This document shows, one piece after another, positions 1 to 11,200 of a stretch of DNA of 64,000 nucleotides. The notes beneath the pieces are model-generated. The model did not search any database. It was given only the letters and a program-made list of their open reading frames with translations, and was not told where the DNA came from. Each line of letters starts with the position of its first letter. Position 1 is the stretch's first letter. The position numbers were made by a program, and so were the translations under genes. The stretch lies in NCBI GenBank assembly GCA_963806325.1, contig CAWDXL010000021.1, forward strand, positions 18,624 through 82,623, read 5' to 3'. The stretch comes from Candidatus Parcubacteria bacterium. Its GTDB lineage: Bacteria; Patescibacteriota; Minisyncoccia; Phycocordibacterales; JAKAEA01.

Positions 1-1304
1 GCGCTCTCTGATCTTGAAACGGAGCTCGAACCGGATGTTCAAGCTGCACTCGGCGATGATAAAGATACGGGCGAGGAGACTCCTGTTAAGCTTAATATAA
101 AAGATAAAACTGAAGCAAAATTGTCGAGGATGCTCCGGTTACAAAAATTGTCGCTACTATTTTGCGGTACGCTACGGAGGGAAAGGCATCCGATGTTCAT
201 ATCGAGCCGATGCGCGATAATGTCCGTGTCCGCTTTCGTGTTGACGGTATCATGAACACGAGCCTCGTGTTGCCGATCAAAGTGCACTCTGCGCTTTCAG
301 CTCGCATTAAAATTTTGTCAAATATGCGTCTTGATGAAAAACGCAAGCCGCAGGACGGACGTTTTTCGGCAAAAATCGACGGCCGAAAAATTGACTTTCG
401 TGTTTCTACATTTCCTACCTACTACGGCGAGAAAATTGTTATGCGTATTCTCGATCAAGAGCGTGCAGTTAAAAACTTTGAGGAAATGGGCTTGTCTAGG
501 CGGAATATAGATTTTATTCACAAAGCTATTGCAAAGCCCTATGGCCTCATTCTTATTTCCGGCCCGACCGGTTCCGGAAAAACCACAACACTATACTCAA
601 TGCTGAATCTCTTGGATCGCGAAAAAATGAATGTTCTCTCGCTTGAAGATCCGGTCGAATACAATATTGAAGGCGTCAGCCAATCGCAGGTGCGTCCGGA
701 AATTGGCTACACGTTTGCGACAGGACTGCGCACGACTCTCCGCCAAGATCCAAACGTCATCATGGTCGGCGAGATTCGTGATAAAGAAACAGCTCAGCTT
801 GCTATCCAAGCAGCGCTCACCGGACACCTTGTATTGTCAACTATCCATACCAACAACGCTGTCGGCATTATCCCGCGTCTTGTGGATATGGGCGTTGATC
901 CATATCTTATTGCGCCGACGCTGATTCTCGGCATGGCTCAGCGCCTCGCCGCGACGCTTTGTGAGGGGGGAGGAAAAGATATCCCGATCGAAGGCAGTAT
1001 TAAAGCGATGCTCGATAAGCAGTTCGAGGATTTGCCTCCGCAGTATCTGAGCGAGATTCATATGCCGGCCACCATCAAAGAGGTGATACCGATGCCTGAC
1101 TGTCCAACAGGCACCCGTGGCCGTATGGCGGTCTTCGAAATGTTTGAAATTGATAAGGATCTTGAGCGTGTCATTTTGTCGACGCCGTCGGAGCTTGAAA
1201 TTTACAAGGCTGTACGAGCAAAGGGAATGCTTACGATGCGCGAGGATGCCATTCTTAAGGCATTTGCCGGACTTATCCCATTTGAAGAAGTGAATAAACT
1301 CTAA
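1..1304 (+). CDS. pilB: Type IV pilus assembly ATPase, PilB/GspE family (5' end outside window; apparent frame break near 117-120)
   Basis: ORF 162-1304 has Walker A GPTGSGKTTT, IMVGEIRD and the His box TGHLVLSTIHTNNA. The same frame upstream of 162 reads VEDAPVTKIVATILRYATEGKASDVHIEP back to a stop at 111-113. Frame 1 (1-120) reads an acidic linker, ALSDLETELEPDV...KTEAK. The two frames meet at the A-run 117-120. Confidence 0.9.
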
Positions 1305-1361
1305 ACCACGCTCGCGTGGCTGTGATATACTACTACCACGTGAATATATAACCCCACTATT

Positions 1362-1769
1362 ATGGCAGAACGACCACTCTATAAAATAATGCTTGTCGAT
1401 GATGATTCATTTCTTTTGAATATGTATTCGCTCAAGTTTTCAAAGAGCGGTTTTGAAGTTGAAGCTATTCAAAGCTCGGAGCAGGCTTTAAAAAGATTAA
1501 AGGAGGGTTTTGTACCTGACATTATTCTCCTCGATATTATTATGCCGGGCATGGACGGACTCGAACTTTTGTCCCATATTCGAGAAGAAAAGCTTGCCGA
1601 ATCAGCCACTATTATCATGCTTAGTAATCAGAGCGATACCAATGACGTAGACCGGGCAAAGTCGCTCCGCATCGACGGCTACATTGTTAAGGCAACAACA
1701 ATACCGTCGGAAGTGATATCCCAAGTATTGTCTATTAACGAAGCTAAACATCATACACCACACGCATGA
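1362..1769 (+). CDS. Single-domain response regulator (CheY-like receiver)
   Basis: 135 aa. It has the N-terminal acidic pocket MLVDDD, a phospho-acceptor context ILLDIIMPGMDG and a conserved Lys in DGYIVKA. No output domain. It sits between pilB and pilT, and its stop overlaps the pilT start (ATGA). Confidence 0.85.
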   Translation: MAERPLYKIMLVDDDSFLLNMYSLKFSKSGFEVEAIQSSEQALKRLKEGFVPDIILLDIIMPGMDGLELLSHIREEKLAESATIIMLSNQSDTNDVDRAKSLRIDGYIVKATTIPSEVISQVLSINEAKHHTPHA

Positions 1770-2830
1770 GCGAAGCACATAAAAAATTTATAGACGATCT
1801 CGTGAGTGTTGTTGGCAAGGAGAATGCCTCCGACCTTCATCTTACGGAGGGGCGCGTGCCGATCATCCGTACCTCAGGGTTTCTCATTCCGCTGCTTAAA
1901 ATGCAGCCGCTGACAACCGACGACATGCACGGTGTGTTGGATGAAATTTTGACGCCTGAGAATAAACAGATTTTTTTGCGCGACAAAGAAATCGATTTTT
2001 CGTACAATCACAGCGAATCCCGTTTTCGCGGCAACGGATTTTTCCAGCAGGGGAAAATTGCCATTGCGCTGCGTCTTATTCCGCACACGATTAAAAGCAT
2101 AAAAGAGCTCAATCTGCCGGAAATTCTTGAAACATTCACCAGAAAAAATCAGGGTTTCTTTTTGGTTGTCGGTCCGGTTGGACAAGGAAAGTCTACGACG
2201 CTTGCTTCCATGGTTGATCTCATCAATCAAGAGCGGCTTGAGCATATTTTAACAATAGAAGACCCTATTGAATACATTTATACGCCGAAAAAATCGATCA
2301 TTGATCAGCGTGAAGTAAAAATAGACACAAAAGATTTTCATACAGCGCTCAATTCTATGTTCCGCGAAGACATCAATGTGGTATTGATCGGGGAAATGCG
2401 AGGTCTCGAAACTATCTCAACTGCTGTCACAGCTGCTGAAACGGGACATCTTGTTTTTTCAACACTTCACACAAACAATGCTGCCCAGACAATTGAGCGT
2501 ATCATCGACTCGTTTCCTGCTGATCAGCAAAGCCAAATCCGCATGCAGCTCGCTGGCTCGCTTACAGGTATTTTCTCTCAGCGACTCATTCCGCGTATTT
2601 CAGGCGGTCTCATTCCGGCGTTTGAACTTCTTATTAATAATAGCGCGGTGGCAAATCTTATTCGTGAGAGCCGTACGCATGAGATAAGTACGGTCATTGA
2701 AACAGGTTCACAGCTCGGTATGATTGATCTCAATCGTTCAATTGCCGAGCTGGTGCGGGCGGGAGAGATATCAATTGAAAATGCTACCCACTACTCGCTC
2801 AACCCGAAAATTCTTGAGAAGATGCTTTAA
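1766..2830 (+). CDS. pilT: Twitching-motility/retraction ATPase, PilT family
   Basis: 354 aa with Walker A GPVGQGKSTT, VLIGEMRG and TGHLVFSTLHTNNA. The length and the missing N-terminal GspE domains fit PilT rather than PilB. Confidence 0.88.
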   Translation: MSEAHKKFIDDLVSVVGKENASDLHLTEGRVPIIRTSGFLIPLLKMQPLTTDDMHGVLDEILTPENKQIFLRDKEIDFSYNHSESRFRGNGFFQQGKIAIALRLIPHTIKSIKELNLPEILETFTRKNQGFFLVVGPVGQGKSTTLASMVDLINQERLEHILTIEDPIEYIYTPKKSIIDQREVKIDTKDFHTALNSMFREDINVVLIGEMRGLETISTAVTAAETGHLVFSTLHTNNAAQTIERIIDSFPADQQSQIRMQLAGSLTGIFSQRLIPRISGGLIPAFELLINNSAVANLIRESRTHEISTVIETGSQLGMIDLNRSIAELVRAGEISIENATHYSLNPKILEKML

Positions 2831-2855
2831 TAGCCGGTTATTTATTTTTTAGCTC

Positions 2856-4058
2856 ATGCTTTTTTCTTACAAAGCCATTGATACCGGAGGAGCATCGCGC
2901 ACAGGGAGTATAGAAGCTCTCAATGTAGATGTTGCCATTGCATCGCTCCAGCGGCGCGGGCTTGTGGTACAGACAATAAAGTCGGATGATGCAAAGCCGG
3001 GGATCATGAATGCGGCAATATTCCAGCATGTATCTATTAAAGAGATTGTTATTTTGTCTCGTCAACTCGCCATTCTTTTTCAGGCCCAGGTCTCGGCGCT
3101 GCGCGTGTTTAGGCTTATTGCCGCCGAGTCGGAGAATATGCTTCTGCGCACGAGTCTTATTGAGATTGCCGACGATATTCAGGGCGGCAGCGCCATTTCA
3201 AAAGCGCTTGAAAAACACCCTAAAGTATTTTCAGGCTTTTATGTCAACATGGTTCGTTCCGGCGAAGAATCGGGAAAGCTCAATGATATTTTCATGTACC
3301 TAGCCGATTATCTTGAGCGAAATTACGAAGTGACGTCTAAAGCCCGCAATGCTCTCATTTATCCAGCATTCGTCATCGCTATGTTTTTTGCCGTCATGCT
3401 TCTCATGTTTACGATTGTCATTCCAAAAATCAGCTCCGTTTTAACATCAGGCGGCCAAGCGTTGCCGATATACACTACTATCATTCTTGGTCTTTCAAAT
3501 GCGATTATCGCATACGGTCTTTATATTCTGATTGCTCTCGTTGTTGTTGGCTTCTTCCTAATTCGTTTTATTCTGACTCCTTCGGGCTCTGAAGTGTTTG
3601 ATCGTTTTAAGCTTGAAGTGCCATATGTTGGCATGCTCTATCACAAGCTTTATTTGTCGCGCATTACCGACAACATGGATACGATGCTTACGTCCGGAAT
3701 TCCGATGGTCAAAGCTCTTGAGATCACTCAAACAATTGTTGGCAATAAAGTGTATGTTAATCTTCTTGCTACTGCTACCGAGTCTGTCCGCGGCGGCCGT
3801 CCGCTCTCCGACGCACTTTCCGAATTTCCTGAAATTCCAGGCATTATGATTCAGATGATAAAAGTAGGAGAGGAGACCGGAGAGCTCGGAACAATTCTGA
3901 AAACTATGTCGCACTTCTATCAAGGTGAAGTAATGAATGCGGTCGACACGCTGGTGAGCCTCATTGAGCCGGTCATGATCGTAGTGCTCGGCGTGGGCGT
4001 CGGATTCCTTTTGGCAGCCGTTATCGTGCCGATCTACAATATGGCGGGGAGTTTCTAA
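2856..4058 (+). CDS. pilC: Type IV pilus platform protein, PilC/GspF family
   Basis: 400 aa with two GspF-like halves and hydrophobic segments in the expected pattern. Its operon position follows pilB and pilT. Confidence 0.85.
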   Translation: MLFSYKAIDTGGASRTGSIEALNVDVAIASLQRRGLVVQTIKSDDAKPGIMNAAIFQHVSIKEIVILSRQLAILFQAQVSALRVFRLIAAESENMLLRTSLIEIADDIQGGSAISKALEKHPKVFSGFYVNMVRSGEESGKLNDIFMYLADYLERNYEVTSKARNALIYPAFVIAMFFAVMLLMFTIVIPKISSVLTSGGQALPIYTTIILGLSNAIIAYGLYILIALVVVGFFLIRFILTPSGSEVFDRFKLEVPYVGMLYHKLYLSRITDNMDTMLTSGIPMVKALEITQTIVGNKVYVNLLATATESVRGGRPLSDALSEFPEIPGIMIQMIKVGEETGELGTILKTMSHFYQGEVMNAVDTLVSLIEPVMIVVLGVGVGFLLAAVIVPIYNMAGSF

Positions 4059-4074
4059 ATAAATATTAAAAAAT

Positions 4075-4112
4075 AAAACACGCTGTTTTTAAAAGCAGCG
4101 TGTTTTATTTTT
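4075..4112 (+). terminator. Rho-independent terminator after pilC
   Basis: The arms aaaacacgctgttt and aaagcagcgtgtttt form a roughly 14-bp stem (one G-U pair) with a ttaa loop, followed by a T-rich tract. Confidence 0.8.
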
Positions 4113-4246
4113 ACTTATCCACACCCACCCCTACACGTATTTGCGAATACTGAACTATAATAGACACATTAGCAACAAACGACGTGCGGCCCGAAGTTAT
4201 AATCAAACTAAAGGCTAGTGTCGGAATTATTAATTAGTTATTCATA

Positions 4247-4681
4247 ATGAAGAATACAAAAAAAGGTTTCACGTTGATTGAACTCTTGGTGGTTATCGCT
4301 ATCATCGGTATCTTGTCTGCTATCGTTTTGGCTTCGCTCTCAACAGCACGGAGCAAGGCAAACGATGCTAAAATTCAGGGCCAGCTTTCAAGCATGAGAG
4401 CTGCAGCTGAAATCTACTATTCAAACAATAGTAGTTATGGTCCAATAGAAAGTGTATGTACTGCAGGTCTCTTTGCTGACCCTACTTCAGGCATGGCAGC
4501 TCTCGCAAGTTCAACTGCAGGCATGGCAGGAGCAAACATGACCTGTGGTGTCACAACTTCTCCGGCAGCATGGGCAGCCGGCGCAACTCTTTCAACAGGC
4601 AAGTTCTGGTGTGTTGACAGCTCCGGTAAATCAGTCAGCGAAAACTCAGCTCTCGCTGCTGGAACAGCCGCCTGCTCATAA
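4247..4681 (+). CDS. Type IV major pilin candidate (class III signal peptide)
   Basis: 144 aa. The N-terminus MKNTKKGFTLIELLVVIAIIGILSAIVLASL carries the prepilin cleavage/methylation motif G/FTLIE. It is a stand-alone gene with its own terminator and has C-terminal Cys residues. Confidence 0.85.
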   Translation: MKNTKKGFTLIELLVVIAIIGILSAIVLASLSTARSKANDAKIQGQLSSMRAAAEIYYSNNSSYGPIESVCTAGLFADPTSGMAALASSTAGMAGANMTCGVTTSPAAWAAGATLSTGKFWCVDSSGKSVSENSALAAGTAACS

Positions 4682-4702
4682 TTTCAATCGTATAGAAATT
4701 TC

Positions 4703-4733
4703 AAAACCCCGCTTTGGCGGGGTTTTGTTTTGT
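4703..4733 (+). terminator. Rho-independent terminator after the pilin gene
   Basis: aaaaccccgc / tttg / gcggggtttt hairpin followed by gttttgtg. Confidence 0.85.
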
Positions 4734-4746
4734 GTGAAGATCGGTA

Positions 4747-4755
4747 TGGTATAAT
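4747..4755 (+). promoter_or_regulatory. Extended -10 box (TGGTATAAT) 6 nt upstream of the pilD ATG; possible leaderless transcript
   Basis: tggtataat lies at 4747-4755 and the ATG at 4762. No Shine-Dalgarno sequence fits in between. Confidence 0.35.
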
Positions 4756-4761
4756 CTTTTG

Positions 4762-5654
4762 ATGGGTTCGCTCAATTTTTCTTTGCTTCTCTCGCTATTC
4801 TTTTTTCTTTTTGGCTGCATTATCGGCAGTTTTTTGAATGTTGTTATTTTAAGGTTTAACACGGGTCTCAGTATTGCTAATGGCCGGTCGCGCTGCTTTT
4901 CCTGCAATAAAGATTTGCGCTGGTATGAGCTTGTGCCGGTACTGAGCTATCTCGCAGTGCGGGGGAAATGCGCGCGCTGCAAGAGTAAAATTTCTATTCA
5001 GTATATCTTGGTTGAGCTTGCAACGGGAGTTACGTTTGTGCTTATCTATTTAAAATTTCAGTATCTGGCATTTTTTCCTGCAACTCATTCTATTTCCTCG
5101 GGTTTAATTTCCTCATCCCTGTCTGTATTTTTTATTGCACTTGCGTATTACTTTTTTATTGCAGCGCTGCTCATTGTGATTTTTGTGTACGATCTCAGGC
5201 ATAAAATTATTCCCGACACGCTTGTTGCTATATTCATCGTTCTTACATTTCTCCGGCTATTCACCGCTGTGCCGCAGCTTTGGGCGCATGGTACGCTCAG
5301 TGATTTTTGGGCCGGCCCAGTGATAGCACTCCCATTCTTTTTATTATGGCTTGCTTCCCGCGGTCGATGGATGGGCCTCGGTGATGCCAAGCTCGCGCTG
5401 CCGATCGGCTGGATGCTTGGCATGCAACGGGGCGTTTCAGCTGTTGTTTTTGCGTTTTGATCGGCGCTCTTGTAAGTCTTGCGGTGATCGCTGCACAAAA
5501 GCTGCGATTGCCGAAGAGCGCGCACGGGCTTACAATGAAGTCTGAGATCCCGTTCGCTCCGTTTCTCATTCTCGGCATTGCTGTTGTGTTTTTTACCGGC
5601 GTTACCATTATGAGTCTTTCGTTTTCACTTGCCGGAATGTCGGGCGGTTTCTAA
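4762..5654 (+). CDS. pilD: Prepilin peptidase (A24 family), split by one frame break near 5447-5457
   Basis: It has a CxxC...CxxC cluster (CFSCNKD..., CARCKS) and the Asp motifs VYDLRHKIIPD and GLGDAKL. The C-terminal piece (ORF 5457-5654) contains EIPFAPFLILG. The frames rejoin if the T-run in gcgttttga is one T longer. Confidence 0.85.
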
Positions 5655-5664
5655 CTATTACACC

Positions 5665-6324
5665 GTGATTTTTTTAAAAAATTTTCAACATACAGTGCAG
5701 CGAGGCTTCACCCTGATAGAGCTTATGGTGGTCATAGGCATCATTGCTGTTGTCACGGCTATCGTTATTCCAAGTTTCAAATCGTATGACTCTAATGTGC
5801 TGCTGACCAATGCCGCGTATACGCTGGCGCTCACTATTCGGCAGACTCAGTTTTATGGTATTTCCGTGAAACAGGGAAGCGACAGTTCATCAGGCAGCTA
5901 TTCCGATGCATACGGTATTCATTTTGACAGCCAAAAAAATTCCTATGTGGTCTATCAGGATATACCCAATAATGGTGTGCTCAGCTATTCGTATGACAGC
6001 ACCAATCCCGATGAATTTGTCAGCAGTACCGATCTTGACTCAGGCTACTCAATTCAAAAAATCTGTTTTGTCCAGCCGCCCGGAGATCCAGCATGTGCCG
6101 ACAGCGGAAGCAGCGCGTTTATCGATGTTGAATTTGATCGGCCTAATCCTGATGCTATTATCAATACGGCAAACATACCGGGCGCAGATGGGCCGTATCT
6201 GCCAAGTACCGCGGGACCATACGGCGCCTGCATTTACCTTATGTCAACTACAAATACCAGTACGGTCTATGTCGATAAAACAGGACAGATATCGGTAAAT
6301 TCGCCTTCGTGCCCAAGCTCATAA
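5665..6324 (+). CDS. Minor pilin / pseudopilin-like protein
   Basis: Prepilin motif QRGFTLIELMVVIGIIAVV. The ORF track starts at ATG 5629, which overlaps pilD. The in-frame GTG at 5665, just after the pilD stop, gives a typical short leader, so the start is uncertain. Confidence 0.75.
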   Translation: MIFLKNFQHTVQRGFTLIELMVVIGIIAVVTAIVIPSFKSYDSNVLLTNAAYTLALTIRQTQFYGISVKQGSDSSSGSYSDAYGIHFDSQKNSYVVYQDIPNNGVLSYSYDSTNPDEFVSSTDLDSGYSIQKICFVQPPGDPACADSGSSAFIDVEFDRPNPDAIINTANIPGADGPYLPSTAGPYGACIYLMSTTNTSTVYVDKTGQISVNSPSCPSS

Positions 6325-6334
6325 GTTTATTATT

Positions 6335-6937
6335 GTGAACTATTCTTCAAAAAATTCCGGTTTTACACTGATTGAGCTCATGGTATCGCTCGGCCTGTTT
6401 ACGGTTGTAAGTCTTATGGGTATTTCTGCAGTCCTTATCGTTATTGCTTCAAACAAAACGACCCTCTCATCAAATTCTGTTATTTCCAATCTTGATCTTG
6501 CCGTTGAGGATATGTCCCGAAGCATTCGCGTGGGCAGCAATTATCATTGCGGTGATTACAATTATGCTTCACCTGATTTATCGGTGGTATCTAACCCCCA
6601 TGATTGTCCGCCGCAGACAATCACTGCCGGCCAAAATGATAATTTTACCTTTGAGCCGAGCGCAGAAACAAACGATACCAATCGTGACACCTATTATCTG
6701 AGCGGTACAAAAATAGTGAAGGCGATCAACGGTGTTGATGAAGGAGTGATCACGCCGCCTGAAGTGACTATCGATTCATTAACGTTCTTTGTGAGCGGGT
6801 CGGCACAGCAAAGCGATCCTCCTCCAAATAGGACGCAGCCCAAGGTCATCATTATTATTGTCGGGTATGTTACAAACGGCGGCACAAAAACTTCGTTTAA
6901 TATTCAAACTACTGTTTCTCAGCGGGTCGTACTATAG
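6335..6937 (+). CDS. Minor pilin / pseudopilin-like protein
   Basis: The N-terminus MNYSSKNSGFTLIELMVSLGLFTVV has the G/FTLIE motif. 200 aa. Confidence 0.75.
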   Translation: MNYSSKNSGFTLIELMVSLGLFTVVSLMGISAVLIVIASNKTTLSSNSVISNLDLAVEDMSRSIRVGSNYHCGDYNYASPDLSVVSNPHDCPPQTITAGQNDNFTFEPSAETNDTNRDTYYLSGTKIVKAINGVDEGVITPPEVTIDSLTFFVSGSAQQSDPPPNRTQPKVIIIIVGYVTNGGTKTSFNIQTTVSQRVVL

Positions 6938-6947
6938 TTCATATATA

Positions 6948-7613
6948 ATGAATACTTCTATGCCTCAGCATTTTTTTAGAAAAAATAGTAAAACAAATTT
7001 CAGCGGCTTCACCCTGATTGAAACACTCGTGGCAATCAGCATTCTTGCTATTGTTATTGCGGGCTCGATGGCAGCTATTCAAGTGACCTTGAAATCGACT
7101 GTGTATGCCAAAGATGCCGTAACAGCAAAATTTTTAGCCGAAGAGGGCATAGAGTCAATTAGAAATATGCGCGATACAAATATTATCAATGGACTTCCAT
7201 GGATGAGCGGTATTGCCGACCCTGATGTTAGTGACGGCAGTGCCGGCAGTCCATGCGGAGATATTAGTGCCGAGACATCATCGAGCTATTGCTACATTGA
7301 TTCTATAAATAACACTGTTCCTATGGTATGCACCGGACAGGATGGTACATGTACAACGCCGTTAAATTTTGATAATGATACGAAAGATTATTTGTACAGT
7401 GATGACTCGGGCAATCCTACTCCTTCAAAATTTATCCGTTCAATACAAGTTGTCGGTGTTGATGGTATCAACGGATCTCCCGATGGTACGGCGGCGGATA
7501 CTTTTTCTGCTCGTGTTACTGTTACTATTACATGGGACGAAAATGGTGATCCCCAAACCTATTCCGTGATCGACTATCTGTATCCATGGTACGTCAGCAA
7601 CGATCAGGGTTAA
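6948..7613 (+). CDS. Minor pilin / pseudopilin-like protein
   Basis: The internal ATG at 6948 gives MNTSMPQHFFRKNSKTNFSGFTLIETLVAISILAIV. The longer ORF from 6858 would overlap the previous gene. Confidence 0.75.
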   Translation: MNTSMPQHFFRKNSKTNFSGFTLIETLVAISILAIVIAGSMAAIQVTLKSTVYAKDAVTAKFLAEEGIESIRNMRDTNIINGLPWMSGIADPDVSDGSAGSPCGDISAETSSSYCYIDSINNTVPMVCTGQDGTCTTPLNFDNDTKDYLYSDDSGNPTPSKFIRSIQVVGVDGINGSPDGTAADTFSARVTVTITWDENGDPQTYSVIDYLYPWYVSNDQG

Positions 7614-7634
7614 CTTTTTATACACGACAATATA

Positions 7635-8132
7635 ATGTCACACACACCACTAACATTGCAGCACAAGAGGGGATTTACGCTTTTCTTCGCGATACTTATT
7701 GTTGCGCTGCTGCTTGCCGTCTCTACATCCATTTCCTTCCTCGCTTCAAAGCAGCTGCAGCTGCTGACGCTTGGCAATCAGTCAGAGCTCGCGTTTTATG
7801 CCGCGGATTCAGGTATGGAATGTGCTCTTTATTGGGACAAGATCAATACTGCGTTTGACGTTGATAATCCATCCGACGCAAGTCTTCATTGTGGTGGAGG
7901 AAATCCGATCACCGCAACATATACTCCTACTACTGCCAATGGAGAGATGTGGTCATTCACTGTTAGTCCCGACAATACTGCTTGTGCTGCGGTGACTGTT
8001 ACTAAATTTGATTATATTGATCCAAACACCCTTCAGCCGACTGGTGTGTGGGCTACTGATGTGGTGTCACGAGGCTATGACGGACCATGTAAAGGCTCAG
8101 AGCTCGAACGCGCCATCGAGACCGTCTATTAA
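7635..8132 (+). CDS. Atypical minor pilin-like protein lacking Glu5 (GspK/PilX-like position)
   Basis: The N-terminus ...KRGFTLFFAILIVALLLAV has the G/F cleavage context but no Glu at +5. It is the last gene of the pilin block. Confidence 0.6.
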   Translation: MSHTPLTLQHKRGFTLFFAILIVALLLAVSTSISFLASKQLQLLTLGNQSELAFYAADSGMECALYWDKINTAFDVDNPSDASLHCGGGNPITATYTPTTANGEMWSFTVSPDNTACAAVTVTKFDYIDPNTLQPTGVWATDVVSRGYDGPCKGSELERAIETVY

Positions 8133-8245
8133 AATAAAGATATACACATCAGCCACACCTCTCTGTTTTCTGATGGGGTATAATAGCTCTATAGTATGTA
8201 ATTGCTACAACCAAAATTTATTTATAAGCCTTCAGAAAAAATATA

Positions 8246-11200
8246 ATGATGAAGAAATTATTTGTATGTGTTGTTGGCGCTGCGGCACTTTTGTGCGCTT
8301 CTGCGGTGCATGCTCAGGATGTGCAGAATATAGCTCCTGATGTATATGTGCGAAATATAACTATTCCGGAAACCTCATATAAAGCCGGAGATACGGTTGC
8401 CGGAACTGTCGATCTCATTAATGGGGACGCTACAGGTATTCCAGATATTGTATACCAGATTTCTCTTGGAACTGATTATCAAAAAAATGGCCTTATCGGC
8501 GCTTTGTACGATACAATAACTTCATCGCCAATATTTTTAAGTCCGCAGGCGGACCAAACTGTTTCATTTTCATACAAACTTCCTGTTGTTTTTGATACAA
8601 CAACCAATCTTACGCTTCACATTCAGGCCTTTTTAAAGAGCGGAGTACCGCTTGGCTGGACTGATATGCCTATCACTGTTTCGGGTGGAATTCCCGCACT
8701 CAAGATTGGTACCGTATCTCTCATGGTTGGAGGCACAACATATAATGCTGGTGTTGGTCCGACCATCTATCAAGACGGCACAAGCACGCTCAGTGTCTCG
8801 CTTACAAACCCGGCTACCTCAACACTCACCGTCACTCCTCATGTTGTAATCTATGATCATTCAACGACTGGTAAAATGATTGAACAGTATTCCGAAGCTG
8901 CTTTCTCAATGAAGGCAGGCGGTTCAGCTGTTGTAAATTATACAGTACCGGTGTTCAATTACACGCCGGGCGTGTATGTAGGTGAAATAACATTCACGGA
9001 TTCAAACAATCTCACGCGCTCCGTGCCTATTGATTTTCGCTATATCGTTGCTGGTAATATAGTGACTCTCCACTCGATTACCACACAAAAAACGACAGCG
9101 GCCGTTGGGGACAGTATTCCAATTACCATAAATTACAGCGGTACCCCCTATGATATTTCTACAGGCACTACTCAGGGAAATAACAACGCTCTGCTTGATG
9201 TACAGCTCTATAACGAAAAGGACCAGCTGGTGGGAGAATATCAAGATACAACAGATTTTAACAGCGGCAATTCAAAAACCGTTCCCATTGCGGCTGCTGT
9301 TGAAGCCCAGGCGTTACGCATCAATGTGTCCGTAACGAGTGCCGGCAAAATTTTGGCCTCATATGCAGCACCACTTACGGGTAATTATGACCAGGCGCAC
9401 CAGCAAGCTCTTGATGAACAGGCCGCGCATGCTGCTCGCATTCAGCTTGCGATCGAAAGTATTGTCGCACTTCTCATTGCGTGTATTGTTGTTGCTATAT
9501 TGTTTAAACTGCTCAATCCAAAACACAGAACAACCCTTGTTCTTATTTTTGCTCTGACCGCCGCCGGCGCGTATTTTGGCATTCACACTGTGTCTGCATA
9601 CACCACTATAAGTCATCAGAGTATCAATGGGGTGTGGGATTATACCGGCTATAATTTCAATAATGGCAGCTATCCAACATCGCTCGATAGCCAGGGATAC
9701 AAGCCTCAGGGATACCAAAATCCGGATGGTGATGGATCAAAATGGCATGTTGTTGGTGATTGCAAAACGGACGATCTTTCCTCGCCATCTTCCGGGTGCG
9801 ATGATCTTTCACCTCAGGTGACAATTAATACGCCCGGCACGACCGACACGTTTACTCCTGGTCAGACATTTTATCTCACCGGAAGCGCTTTTGCACTGGC
9901 GTGTATGAATAATCCGCTCGATATCATCGTAAGCGGTACATTTAATGGGGGAAGTACACTCACGACAACAAAAAATAATATAAATAATTATAACGGGAAA
10001 GAAGGAGATCTCAGTAGTTTTAATACCACATTTTCTGTAGGTCCTTTTACTGCTCCAACGACTCCGGGCACCTACACACTCAATTTTAGAGTAGACAGCT
10101 ATACAAATATTCCGGGTCGGACGACAAATATGAGCGATTACAATAAGGACTCAAAGGCTCCTGGCGGCACGCTTGATCCTGCTACAACAGGAGGTTATCT
10201 TACCGGTTCTGTAATAGTTACTGTTGTGCCGCCTGTTCCCGTTGTTGCATTAGTAGCTACTCCAACAAGTATTTTGAGCGGAAATACTTCCACATTGAAA
10301 TGGTCAGCCACAAATTCGCCGACATCATGTACCGCTTCAGCTTCGCCTTCAGATTCATCATGGAGCGGTTCAGTTACAGCTACATCAGCAACTTCCACTC
10401 AATCAACGAGTGCACTTACTCAAACCACGACCTACACGCTTGTATGTAAAAATTCCGGAGGCACATCAAATACGGCGACAGCGACAGTAACTGTCACCGA
10501 ACCAAATGTTCCTGTTGTCACACTGACTGCAACCTCGCCGATAACCAGCGGAGCAACAGCGACACTGAGTTTCTCAGCCACAAATTCGCCGACATCATGT
10601 ACCGCTTCAGCTTCGCCTTCTGATTCATCATGGAACGGTTCGAAAACAGTGACATCATCGACCAAAACCCAGTCAACGAGCGCTCTCACGCAGACGACGA
10701 CCTACACGCTTACCTGTACAAATGCCGGTGGAACATCTGCACCTGCCAGCGCAACAGTTACGGTTACATCTCCTCAAACTACTGCGCCAAAGGTGTCTCT
10801 TACAGCGAGTCCAACTTCCGTATATTCCGGTTCGCCGTCGACTCTTATCTGGTCTGTCGATAATGGCGGAGATTCAGGGACGTCGTGTGATGATGGTGGT
10901 GATGGATGGTACACAGGAGGTATGAGCGGATCTGTTTCAACGGGCGCGCTCTATGCTGCTACTTCATACACGCTTAACTGTAAAAATAATGCCGGTTCTG
11001 ACAGTGATACTGCAACAGTTGCCATCGAGGCTCCTCAAGCTAGCATACCGGTAGTCTCTCTTTCTGCGGTCGAGGATTCCAATTTTTCTGGCACGAACGG
11101 AGGCAATATATATTTAAATTGGCAAACTCAAAATGTTCCTACGACATGTCTTGCCTCGGGTTATGGCTGGAATGGTGACGTGGATCCGACAGGAGGCACT

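Noticed and set aside
1305-1361. A short hairpin, ccacg-ctcg-cgtgg, after pilB as a terminator
   Set aside because: The stem is only 5 bp with no T-tract, and the operon plausibly continues into the receiver and pilT genes.
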